Positions 46,351 to 56,454 are shown, numbered from the stretch's first letter. The stretch: 64,000 nt of DNA from an uncultured Methanosarcinaceae archaeon (GCA_963847185.1 CAWJYV010000007.1:320001-384000), one strand, 5' to 3'. Notes: generated by a model not told the origin, from the letters alone. Numbers and translations: made by a program.

Positions 46351-47137
46351 AAAATTCTCACCAGAATCTCAGATTAACCCGAAAGGGTGTGTGAAAACAG
46401 AAAATTGTAATTTCTTCATGTATTTGTTTGCAGGTTAGTTGATGCATAATTCTCCTCTCAATTAATAAACCTTGGGCTTGGGGACGGGGAATCTGAAGTT
46501 GTTTTCTTTTCACTTCAAAAGCAAAGCAAATAAAAGAAACCAAAAGAAAAAAATTAATTAAAAAAAGAAAGGAGAAAAATATAATGGAGGTTTAAAGGCA
46601 ATTCATTTCAGGAGTCTGCAGATTTACGGAGATTTATAATGGCACTTTACAGGGCAAATCAAGTAAATTTGATTTACTAATAGATAATGGTACCTATAAA
46701 TATATAAATATTTCGTAGTTGGTAGGGTACGGTCAGAAAAAAAGGAAATCAATAAAGCAAATTAAATGAAAACAAGATATTAAGAGAATAAAAGTAAGTA
46801 AGTTATCAGAGGTAGACAAATAATTCCAGAGTACCTATTATTTTATAAATATCTGATATAAAATATAAAAACTAATAATAAAATCCAAAGAAAGTAGCAA
46901 CCAAAAAAGCCAGAAAATAGATTAGAGTACTCAATCTAAAATTTTTAACAAAAAACCATCTTTTTTAAAAAAATAAACACAGCAGGGGGATGGTCACAAT
47001 TATTTTCAGAGAGAACTTTCCGGACTGCTTCAGGGGTTAAAAATTATTTTTAAGCTGTTTTTTGGCAAGTTCGAAAAGTTCTTTCTAGATACTCTTTATC
47101 CCTGCTGGAGGGTGATTCAGGCTGGTGCCCGGATCAT

Positions 47138-48541
47138 TTAACGGATTTGCTTTCTGAAGAGATTGCAGGAATTTATCTTTATGTCGAGCAGCTTTTCGAT
47201 GTTCATCTTTGCAGCAATACCCTTTGCAGCGCCAGGTACTGAGGTAATGACACCAATATCAAGCTCTTCACGGAGTTCGCGCATGACATGCTCATCTGAC
47301 AGATCCATGACGCCGACATTCAGTTTCTTCGCCACGTATTCTTTTGCTTCTTTAATCCTCATGTTCTTTGAAAACTGCATCCTTGCAACAAGGTCTCCTG
47401 CAGCCCTCATTCCAGTCATTCCGGAAGCCATTATGTGGGAGATCGGCATACCCAGAGGGTCGCCGACCCCGACCTATATGCCGTCTACGCCTGCAATTTC
47501 GACCATTGCTTTGCTTGCCCTGGTAACTGCATCTATAGGAGGAGTCTCAAGCATGGGTATTCCGCCAACACCCATGCCCATGTCAACGTGGCAGGGGATT
47601 GGAGAAGCTTCAACAGCTGCCTTCATGAAAGTAACTGCACGGGCAAGGTTCCAGGCTGATGTCTTGCTGGTATTGGTATTGCATACAGGTCCAAAGACGT
47701 TTGCTCCTGCTTTTGCGATAAGGGGTGCCTGCTGATGAGGCCAGAGTCCTGCAAGGGTTACGCCGTCATACTGAAGTCCACCGTGCATACCAAGTACGCA
47801 TTCTCCTGCCATACCTGCTTCAATATACATGTCAGGGAATTCTTTTCTAAGAGCCTGGATGGCATGGAGGGTTCCATACATGTCAGCATCTCCGGCTGCA
47901 GCAGTTGTGTCGAAGTTTACCCCGTCTGCTCCGGAAGCAAAAAGCTTCTGCATGACCCATACTGTGTCTCTGGTAAGGTGTTCTGCAGCATGTTCCATGG
48001 ATTCCCAGGCTTCCTGAATCTTGAATGCTTTCATCAGGTCTCCGGGGTTTTCGAATGGCCCATCTGGGGTATAATAAAGTCCCATGTTTGGCATTGCCCC
48101 GTAGAAGAGCGGGATAATCATGTTCTGCTGGCAGACTTCCATTGCCTGGCACTCATTTGAAACTACAGGCTTCACTGGCTTGAAACTGTAGTCAATGTGC
48201 CCGAGTTCCATTGTGTCTGCACCAAATGCCCTCTCATGCATCATGCAGCCCACTAAACGGCTTGAGGGAATTCCAACTCCGCTGTTACCCTGGTCGCCGT
48301 CAAGCCTTATGGTACCAATGTCGTGAGTGACAGGAATTTCCATACCATGCTCGACACTGACAGCCTTTCCGGGCATCATGAGAATTTCTGCAAGCTTGTC
48401 GATTTCATCAGCACTGAGGACAGGGATCTCACCAAGATCGGCAGCATTTGCAGTTCCGGCTTCAATCTCTTCCATAATTTTTTCTTTGGTAAGGAAGACT
48501 CTCTTTCCGTCTCCCATTCTCAAAGCATATTCTTTTGCCAT
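47138..48541 (-). CDS. mtbB: Dimethylamine:corrinoid methyltransferase, pyrrolysine at in-frame TAG (47476-47474)
   Basis: The 355-aa and 103-aa ORFs are in frame across a single TAG ([14 protein letters not shown]), giving 467 aa. Confidence 0.96.
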
Positions 48542-48584
48542 TTTTTTTCACCTTATATTCTTCTGGAAAGCTGTATTTTGGGGT

Positions 48585-48734
48585 TCAGAATTTGGATACA
48601 AACGTTCTGGCCTGCCAGAGGGCTATTATCGCCAGAATCAGGATGAAGGCCATCCACAGGATATCTGCTGCCGGTACGAAGGAATTTGCCCAGTATGCAT
48701 TGTAAGCTTCCAAAGCTACTGCTGTTTGTGTCAT
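48585..48734 (-). CDS. 49-aa single-pass membrane protein (below the ORF-track cutoff)
   Basis: AAGGAGG RBS then MTQTAVALEAYNAYWANSFVPAADILWMAFILILAIIALWQARTFVSKF*. Confidence 0.8.
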   Translation of the reverse strand: MTQTAVALEAYNAYWANSFVPAADILWMAFILILAIIALWQARTFVSKF

Positions 48735-48754
48735 TATTTTATCCTCCTTATGGA

Positions 48755-49060
48755 TCACACGTTTCTCAGACAGGCATCAGAACCTCGGGATTTCCCAAAG
48801 TCTGTGATCACGTACTTGTGCAGAAGGAAATCTTTTTTGTAGATTCCCTCTTCGTCAACTTTCTGCTCCAGGTCCTTCAGCATCCCTCCGGATGCCAATT
48901 CGATTATATCAAAGTTAATGCTGTCTCTGCCGTATGCATTATTCATGCTGTATTCTTTCTGGATTTTTGAAACTATCTCATAATTCCAGTATTCTTTTCC
49001 ATCCAGAAGAATCTCCAGAATCCTGAACTTTATAGGACGAGCTCCACCCACTTCATTCAC
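48755..49060 (-). CDS. Hypothetical winged-helix-like protein in the mtt operon
   Basis: 101 aa; overlaps the mttP stop; RILEIL...YWNYEIV...Y.ITDFG resembles a wHTH fold. Confidence 0.7.
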   Translation of the reverse strand: MNEVGGARPIKFRILEILLDGKEYWNYEIVSKIQKEYSMNNAYGRDSINFDIIELASGGMLKDLEQKVDEEGIYKKDFLLHKYVITDFGKSRGSDACLRNV

Positions 49061-50099
49061 CTCTCAAAGTTTCAAGTGCACTTGCATCTTCCGTAAACAT
49101 GACAAAACTGCCAATTACACAGAGAGTGCCTCCGACAAGGATAGTCCACTGCGGGATATCTCCAAAGAAGAGGAAAATGAAGATAATAGAACACAGGCCG
49201 TAAAGATTTCCGATACCCTGGCCTCTTCCAACCCCTATGAGCGGGAAGGATTTGTACCAGCAAACGTAACAGAAACCAAAGGTAATTCCTGCAAAGACCA
49301 GGACCAGTAGAGTCAGGGGTTCAAACGCCTGGAGAGCGAAGGAATACATAGGGAAACCAAAGAGTGCAAGCACAGGAACAATAATTATCCACCAGATAAT
49401 GTTTTCTCCAATGAAGCGAAGAGTCAGTCCAGCATCCGGCTCTGAAATATCAAGCCCTTTGCCTGCAATTGCGCCTTCAATTCCCCAGCCTGCAGCGGCC
49501 ATCAAACCGCCGAGATATCCTATCCACTGAACATTACCTGAAGAGAGATCAGAAAGAAGCCCACCGCCGAAGATTGTAATACCTCCAACAATGATAACTC
49601 CTATGCCTATTGCTGCTCTTTTGGAGATCTTTTCTCCATACCAGTAATAAGCAAGAACCGATCCTACTACAGGATAAAGAAGCCCAGCAACAGCTGCAAA
49701 TGCTCCACCAATAAAGCCCATAGCAATAAAAGAACCTAGAATTGCTATTGGACCTCCGAAAATAGAGGCAAGGAAGAACCATTTGGAACACGGATGGAAT
49801 TCTTTAAGAGTCCGGGCAAGCTCTCCGTATTTGCCAAGAACTCCATTCCAGAGCATCAGCGCAATCATGACTGTCAGGGCATTAAAGGCAGTAATAAGAA
49901 CAGCAGTTACAATAAGAGCTGTACTGTCTCCACCGGTTTCGGCAATAGCTGCATACATTTCATCAAACGGGTTAAGCACCCAGACAACGGTCCCTGGCAA
50001 ATACCAGATACCCCAGAATACAGCACAGAAAAGGGCCCACATATACCCTTTACTGATTTTTCTTTTGCTTTCCTGTTTTTTTAAGCTTTTCAGATCCAC
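49053..50099 (-). CDS. mttP: Putative trimethylamine permease (DMT family)
   Basis: 348 aa, about 10 TM segments, located between mttC and mtbB. Confidence 0.85.
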   Translation of the reverse strand: MDLKSLKKQESKRKISKGYMWALFCAVFWGIWYLPGTVVWVLNPFDEMYAAIAETGGDSTALIVTAVLITAFNALTVMIALMLWNGVLGKYGELARTLKEFHPCSKWFFLASIFGGPIAILGSFIAMGFIGGAFAAVAGLLYPVVGSVLAYYWYGEKISKRAAIGIGVIIVGGITIFGGGLLSDLSSGNVQWIGYLGGLMAAAGWGIEGAIAGKGLDISEPDAGLTLRFIGENIIWWIIIVPVLALFGFPMYSFALQAFEPLTLLVLVFAGITFGFCYVCWYKSFPLIGVGRGQGIGNLYGLCSIIFIFLFFGDIPQWTILVGGTLCVIGSFVMFTEDASALETLRGE

Positions 50100-50466
50100 G
50101 AAAAATCCTCCATTTTTCAGAATGCTGTGGAACTCCCTCAGAGCAGAGACCTTCTCAGCTCAATTCCACAGCCTGAAATTGCAGTCTGCAAATCCATTCT
50201 GCGGGACATATCTTCGGAAATTATCTTTTCATTCCGTTTTCAACTGCGTTGAAACAATCATACTTATGTATTATTGTTTTAGAGATTGTCTCCTATAACT
50301 GAATATATTAAAAGTTGTATATAACAATTCAATTATATTAAGTCTGTGTGATATGACCTGCAGATTTCTTGCCTATATCCGCAGTAATGGATTTACAAAA
50401 CTGCAAAAAATAAAATTGGAACAGAAAATACATTCGGAGGAACATACTCTCTGTATTTTAAGCATT

Positions 50467-51117
50467 TCAGGCTAAAGCTGCTTTTACCTTGCTGACAGCA
50501 TCATTGGCGCTTTCACCATAGATGTCTGCACCAATTTTGTCTGCCCAGTCCTGGGTTACAGGAGCGCCTCCAACCATGGTTTTAACCTGATCGCGTACTC
50601 CTGCTTCTTTTAGCTGTTCTTCGATCTGGATCTGGTTGACCATTGTGGTGGTCATAAGTGCGGAGGATGCAATAATCTGGGGTTTGAGTTCCTTTGCTTT
50701 TTCTACAAAGGTTTTGATTGGAACATCTCTTCCAAGGTCCACAACTTTGAAACCTGCAATGTTGAGCATGGAAGCCAGGATGTCCTTTCCGATAGAGTGG
50801 ATGTCTCCTTCGATGGTTCCGACAACAACGGTTCCAAGGTTCTTGGTCTGAGACTTGCGTCTTTCCATTTCCGGCTTAATTACTTCAATGCCTGCTTTCA
50901 TTGCCTCTGCAGCTGCAAGCACATGGGGAAGGAAAAGAGCTCCCTGTTCGAACTTTGCTCCGACTTCCTCCATACCTGCGGTAAAACCTTTCTCAATAAG
51001 CTCTACAGGGTCGATCCCTGCAGCAAGGGCTTCTTCAGCAACTTCTGCGGCAAGTTCATCATCGAATTCTGTAATTGCTTCTTTTGCTTTTGCAATAATT
51101 GCTTCTTTGTTTGCCAT
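50467..51117 (-). CDS. mttC: Trimethylamine corrinoid protein
   Basis: EGDIHSIGK B12-binding motif, SALMTTT, GGAP; start MANKE at 51117. Confidence 0.93.
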   Translation of the reverse strand: MANKEAIIAKAKEAITEFDDELAAEVAEEALAAGIDPVELIEKGFTAGMEEVGAKFEQGALFLPHVLAAAEAMKAGIEVIKPEMERRKSQTKNLGTVVVGTIEGDIHSIGKDILASMLNIAGFKVVDLGRDVPIKTFVEKAKELKPQIIASSALMTTTMVNQIQIEEQLKEAGVRDQVKTMVGGAPVTQDWADKIGADIYGESANDAVSKVKAALA

Positions 51118-51148
51118 TTTTAGATCTCCTGAATGTCTGGAATTGTAA

Positions 51149-52636
51149 TTACATGCCTCTGAAGGCTTTGTCAGCTCTGTCCACAACAGCTTTCATATCT
51201 TTGAGGATGTCTGCATCTATTTGTTTGACTTCGTGGTTCTTGAGGACATCCACTACTTTTTCGTGTGCGGCTGCTGCAAGGTCCTTTGAGCCAGCTGCTG
51301 CCCAGTCTCCAAACATGCGCCTGTCGATGAGCATTGGGTTGGATGGATAATCTACAAGCTGTCTGGTCTGTTTAAGAGCAAGGAAGTTGTTTCCGATGCC
51401 TACCTTCTGGATAGATTCGACTGCAAGGGTTTCTTCAGAGACAGGAATTCCTTGCATGGCTTTCTTGACCATACTGAAGATATCGTTGTCAATGACGAGC
51501 TGTTCCATTGAGAAAGTCATTCCGAGTTCAAGCATTCCGGCTCCGTAGATGGTGTTGGCACCAGCAAGAGCAGGCAGGAGAGTGGTCATGGTCTTTTCGT
51601 GGCCTGCCTGGTTGTCCGGAACCTTGGAATCAGACTAGGAACCTGCCACGTAGGAGGGGAGGCCGTAGAACTGGGCAAGCTTTGCGACTGCACCGCTGAT
51701 AAGACCGAGTTCAGGAGAACCTACAGGTGCAGTACCTTTCTTCAAGTCGAAGGTAGTTGTTGAGCTTCCGTACCAGACTTTTGATCCGGGTACTGTGAGC
51801 TGGGCAAGGGTAATACCGGAGAGAACTTCGGCGTTGTGAGTTACAAGAGTTCCTGCAAGGTAGACAGGAGAGGATCCGCCGGACATTGCCATACTCAGGA
51901 CGTTAACAGGGATCCCGAGGCGGGCACCCTTAATGATGACCTGGCAAGCATTGACACTGAGTTCGAGCGGGCTGGTCGGGCACAGGAGCATGGAGAAAAT
52001 TGGCTTCTTCCTGGCTTCTTCCTCATCGCCGCCATAGTAGGCTTTTGCAATATCCCAGTAGTACTCAACGTTTTCGCCGACGGGGTCAATGTGATGGAAG
52101 TGCTTTGAGGTGTTTGCAATAGGGGTGAAAGTCTCGTGGACATCCTGTGCACCCTTGCCTGCAATGTCTCTTGCAGAGACCGGGAGAGAGAAGTAGTCAA
52201 TGTTTTCAGCCCAGTCACAGAGTTTTGCAATGTCTGCAATGTCCTGTTCGACGGAGTCAACAGTTACGTACTTTCCGTCCTGGTACTTGCAAACCTTCAC
52301 ACCGGTACCGAAGCAGGTCCAGTGAACTTTTCCACCGCATTCCTGGACAGTGTTGTTCTTTTTGTCGCGGCCCCAGAGGACAAATCTGGATGGGGCGAGC
52401 TGGAGAGCTTTTCTTACAAGATACTCAGGGATCTTTACAATGTTGGTCTTTTCATCAACTTCACAGCCATTTTCCTTGAAGATCTTTCTTGCCTCTGGGT
52501 CAGAAACCTGAACACCAGGGTTCATGAGAACTTCCATGGTTGCGTAGTGAATAGCTTTAAGTTCATCATTTGTAAAAAGGTTTAATTCTACACCGTTAAG
52601 TGCGTTGAATCCTGCAACTGCATTACATTTTGCCAT
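51149..52636 (-). CDS. mttB: Trimethylamine:corrinoid methyltransferase, pyrrolysine at in-frame TAG (51637-51635)
   Basis: The 333-aa and 146-aa ORFs are joined across TAG (YVAGS-O-SDSKVPD), giving 495 aa. Confidence 0.96.
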
Positions 52637-52657
52637 TTTTATACCTCCAAAAAATAA

Positions 52658-53299
52658 TTATAATAGCAGTTCTTTTGCCTTTGCTACAGCTTCGCTTGCG
52701 TTTTCAGCGTAGCAGTCTGCACCGATTTTGTCTGCCCAGGCCTGGGTTGCGGGGGCTCCTCCTACCATGACCTTTACTCTGTCCCTTATGCCTTCTTCCT
52801 TCAGGAGTTCGATAACGTCCCTTTGTCCCTGAAGAGTGGTTGTCATAAGAGCAGAAATTCCAATCATGTTGGCGTTAACTTCCTTAGCCTTGTCAATAAA
52901 GTTCTTTACAGGAACGTCACGACCAATATCGTGCACTTCAAAACCGGCAGACTGGAGCATTGTAGACACTATGGATTTGCCAATATCGTGAACATCGCCT
53001 TCCACCGTACCATTTACAATAACGCCCATCTTTGACTCTGTAGCTCCTTCAGGCATCAGGTCTTTCAGGGAGTTTACACCGGTGGTCATTGCATCGGCAG
53101 CCATCATGACATGGGGTAAGAAAAGTTTGCCTCTTTCAAAGAGAACACCAACTTGATTCATGCCTGCTGCGAGTCCTTTTTCAATTATCTCGGAAGGCTC
53201 TATTTTTCCTTTAGCTTTTTCGACTGCAGCGAGTACAGCATCCTTTTTACAGGAGATTACAGCAGCTGTAAGTTCCTGAAGCAATTCTTCTTTGCTAAT
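52658..53299 (-). CDS. mtbC: Dimethylamine corrinoid protein (probable ATT start)
   Basis: EGDVHDIGK motif; GGAGG-7nt-ATT AGC AAA GAA GAA TTG gives (M)SKEELLQEL. Confidence 0.9.
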   Translation of the reverse strand: MSKEELLQELTAAVISCKKDAVLAAVEKAKGKIEPSEIIEKGLAAGMNQVGVLFERGKLFLPHVMMAADAMTTGVNSLKDLMPEGATESKMGVIVNGTVEGDVHDIGKSIVSTMLQSAGFEVHDIGRDVPVKNFIDKAKEVNANMIGISALMTTTLQGQRDVIELLKEEGIRDRVKVMVGGAPATQAWADKIGADCYAENASEAVAKAKELLL

Positions 53300-53351
53300 A
53301 TTGCATCCTCCGTTTTAGTTTTTGACTATGGAGACTTTTTCTCTTTAAACC

Positions 53352-53512
53352 TCATGAATAATCATGATATTTACAGTGCAAGCTCACGCCTTTCACGATC
53401 ACGACCTGCAGAGAAGAAACTCATGATTCTCGTGGGTGGGAAGCCACAATTATCACAAGTGAAGCAACGAAATCATGAAAAAATTCACGATTCTCCTTGT
53501 TTGGGTTCATGA
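53352..53512. promoter_or_regulatory. Cluster of eight TCAYGA motifs in the mtbC-mttB leader
   Basis: TCATGA at 53352, 53362, 53421, 53473, 53507; TCACGA at 53393, 53399, 53485. Confidence 0.65.
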
Positions 53513-54106
53513 GTATTTTAGCAACGGGGGTTTTGTGCCATTTTAAATCCCAGGTGTTAAACTCATCTTTTCAGATGTCTCCAATATAAGAGTTAAGTTT
53601 TCTCGTATATATATTTTTGTAAAAAAGACTCAACGAAATTAGTGGTTGTATATATATTTTTCGCATATGCTCTGTTTTATTGTTATTTTGGGAAGAAAAT
53701 AATATGATAATAACACAAAATATAAATATTAAATCTTCAAAACAGGATTTTATGAAGGTTGGGTAGGAAAGCTGGGTGAGTAAGTACTCGAAAAATTGCA
53801 GTAAATTAACCCTGATTAATTTGTCTATCAGCATTCATTTTGGAACCAATTAAGGCAGTAGAACTTTTTTCTCTGATTTTTCTTATTTATCTTGAAAAAA
53901 ATAATAAAATTCTGTTCTAAATTCTTTATCTCACCTTTTTGAAATATCTGGATCTTTTCTGGAGCAAAAAATCAGACAAATAGGAAAATTTTATATAGCA
54001 GTATTTTTTCCTGAATCACGATTTGTAAGCAGAAGTCACTATTTTAAATTAACCTGTGGATTCAAGAAGTGATAATTATATTTATCTTTCATAGCAAACA
54101 TGGAAG

Positions 54107-55255
54107 TCACAAAGTGTCGTTTTCTCCGTAACCTGAAATGCAAAGCTTGTATGCCCTATTGACAAATTCAAGCATTTTTTCGTCTTCCCTGTCAATCTCT
54201 ATTCCACAAGCAAGAGAAAGGTACTCAGCAAGGTCAAAGATCTTTATTTTTTCATCCTTTCCTGCTTCAACAAGATTCTGCATACAGCCCCCGCAATTAG
54301 TTATGATTACGTCACAACCCAATTTTTCCGCAGCCCTGTAACGTCCGGAAGCAACCTCCAGAGATTCGGAAGGATAATTGACTCTTACTCCTCCGCCAAA
54401 GCCACAGCAGGCTGAGTTCTCAGGGGTTTTGTTGGCAAGCTCGATACCTGGAATATTCTCAAGCACTTTTCTCGCTTCCCGGTACACACCCATTCCCCTG
54501 GTCAGATGACAGGGATCGTGATAAAAGGCTCTGTGATTGAAAACAGTTTTCGGAGTAAGTTTTCCTTCTCTTAGAAGAAGTTCAAGGTACTGAGAAACCT
54601 GCATGATCTGAAAGTCAAGATTTCCGAACATTTTCGGGTAAATCTCTTTAAAAGCCTTAAAACAACCTGGGCAGGCAGTTATCAGGATTTTTGCTCCTTT
54701 TTTCTGAATTTCCTGTATATTCCGTTGTCCGTTCCTGCGGATAGGTCCGGGATTTCCTGCTCCTGCAGAGACTGCTCCACAACAGTACTCAAGCCCGCTT
54801 AGAACGGTATAATCCACTCCGGCTTTTTCCAGCAAGGCAACAGTAGCTTTTGCCATGTTTGTGTTAATATAGCTGGCAGCACAGCCCGGAAAATAAACTA
54901 CAGACCCCTGGCCTTCCTTATATGAGGGAATTTCAGACATTTCGATAATTTTCTTGAATATATTGTTGTCAGCTTCAGGGTCAACCATGGTCTGCCTGTC
55001 AGTAAGGCCGTTTTCGTTTACCCATTTCTGGCGGGCAGGAGATATCAGCATTTTAATTCCAAGTCCTTCTGGACAGGCTTCTGTGCAGAGCCCGCAGGTC
55101 AGGCAGCGTATCAGAGAGCGAGAATCAATGTTCGAACTTCCTTTCAGATATCTGTAAAGGTGTTCTATCAACCCGATGTCCTCATAGCGCGGGCAGACCT
55201 CAAGGCATTTCCCGCATTGCATGCACTTTTTCCTGTGCGCTTCCACTAAGTCCAT
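54107..55255 (-). CDS. HdrD-like Fe-S oxidoreductase (2x[4Fe-4S] + two CCG domains)
   Basis: CMQCGKCLEVCP, CLTCGLCTEACP, YFPGC, YCCG, ACPGC, YHDPCHL, ACCGFGGG. Confidence 0.88.
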   Translation of the reverse strand: MDLVEAHRKKCMQCGKCLEVCPRYEDIGLIEHLYRYLKGSSNIDSRSLIRCLTCGLCTEACPEGLGIKMLISPARQKWVNENGLTDRQTMVDPEADNNIFKKIIEMSEIPSYKEGQGSVVYFPGCAASYINTNMAKATVALLEKAGVDYTVLSGLEYCCGAVSAGAGNPGPIRRNGQRNIQEIQKKGAKILITACPGCFKAFKEIYPKMFGNLDFQIMQVSQYLELLLREGKLTPKTVFNHRAFYHDPCHLTRGMGVYREARKVLENIPGIELANKTPENSACCGFGGGVRVNYPSESLEVASGRYRAAEKLGCDVIITNCGGCMQNLVEAGKDEKIKIFDLAEYLSLACGIEIDREDEKMLEFVNRAYKLCISGYGENDTL

Positions 55256-55512
55256 TTTTCAACTCCATATTGTTTTAAACTCATCTGACTTATTCTATTC
55301 ATAAAAAGGATTGCTAAAATTCCTTTCTGGATAACCCATCATGGAATATTCTAAAAGGAAATCCATCCTGAAATAACTTTTCAAAAGTGATAGATATCTC
55401 TCGCTGACAAATCAGAGACGAATTCCTAAGTCTGAAGCAAGGATTTTCCAGAACTAAAGTCCGGAGATATTTTTAAAAGATGATAAAGCTAATATTCAAG
55501 GATACAGTATCA

Positions 55513-55563
55513 AATAGCCAGATAAAAGGAATAGCCAGATAAAAGGAATAGCCAGATAAAAAG
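55513..55563 (+). repeat. 17-bp tandem repeat, 3 copies
   Basis: aatagccagataaaagg x3. Confidence 0.9.
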
Positions 55564-55574
55564 AAGGGATTAAA

Positions 55575-56192
55575 ATATTCGAGGATTTTAAAAACAGGGT
55601 ACGAAAACTGATCGTTCCTATCGCCCGTTTAATTCCCCTATCTCCTAACACGCTTACTTTAATTGGTTTTGCTGTGAGTATGGTTGCAGGCGCGACTTTT
55701 GCCATGGGAAAACCTTTTGAAGGAGGGCTCTTGCTTCTCTTCAGCGGAGTTTTTGATATCCTTGACGGAGGAGTCGCAAGAGCAAAAGGAATAATAACTC
55801 CTTTCGGAGGCGTGCTTGACTCAGTTTGCGACCGTTATTCTGACGGATTAATGTTTTTAGGGATCATTGCAGGTGCAGTAAATGGAAGGCTTGTACTTCC
55901 TCCAATTATGCAAATTGAAGGCTGGCTCTGGGCTGGTTTTGCCTTAATAGGCTCTTTTCTGGTAAGTTACACCCGCGCTCGCGCCGAATCAGCAGGCTGC
56001 AGGAAACTGTCTGTCGGAATTGCCGAACGTACTGAAAGAATGATTATTCTTGCCTTAGGAGCCCTTGCTGGCTTTCTCGGCTGGGCTATAGTATTAATAG
56101 CCGTATTCTCCCACGTTACCATCATTCAGAGGGTTCTGCGGGCAAAAAGCATACTCAGTCAGCCTTCAGAAGCTGATGTCCAAAAACCATAA
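55575..56192 (+). CDS. CDP-alcohol phosphatidyltransferase (archaetidylinositol phosphate synthase-like); start uncertain
   Basis: SPNTLTLIG, DILDGGVAR...FGGVLDSVCDRYSD, SYTRARAE, GIAERTER; the conserved frame extends upstream of the called GTG. Confidence 0.88.
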   Translation: MFEDFKNRVRKLIVPIARLIPLSPNTLTLIGFAVSMVAGATFAMGKPFEGGLLLLFSGVFDILDGGVARAKGIITPFGGVLDSVCDRYSDGLMFLGIIAGAVNGRLVLPPIMQIEGWLWAGFALIGSFLVSYTRARAESAGCRKLSVGIAERTERMIILALGALAGFLGWAIVLIAVFSHVTIIQRVLRAKSILSQPSEADVQKP

Positions 56193-56278
56193 AGTTCCAT
56201 GTTTTAAAACCTTGGAAACCATGATAAAATGATAATGTCAATTCCTGCTAAATAACAAAATAGATTAAAGAAACAATA

Positions 56279-56454
56279 GTATCCTCTTCAAATTGTATGG
56301 GTAAAAGTAAATTTCACATATTCGCTGAAAATTTAGAAATTTAGCCAAGTCTAAAAAACATTATCAATCGACGCATTCAACTTTAAGAATGTATGACAAG
56401 ATTGTTACATATTTTTCTGGTTGGAAAATTCTCCCTTGAATTTGAAGAGGATAC
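56279..56454. mobile_element. MITE-like element with perfect 16-bp TIRs
   Basis: gtatcctcttcaaatt / aatttgaagaggatac, flanked by ATA on both sides. Confidence 0.75.

Noticed and set aside
47138-52636. mttB and mtbB as nonsense-mutated pseudogenes
   Set aside because: Single in-frame TAGs at the known pyrrolysine positions; full-length products result on read-through.
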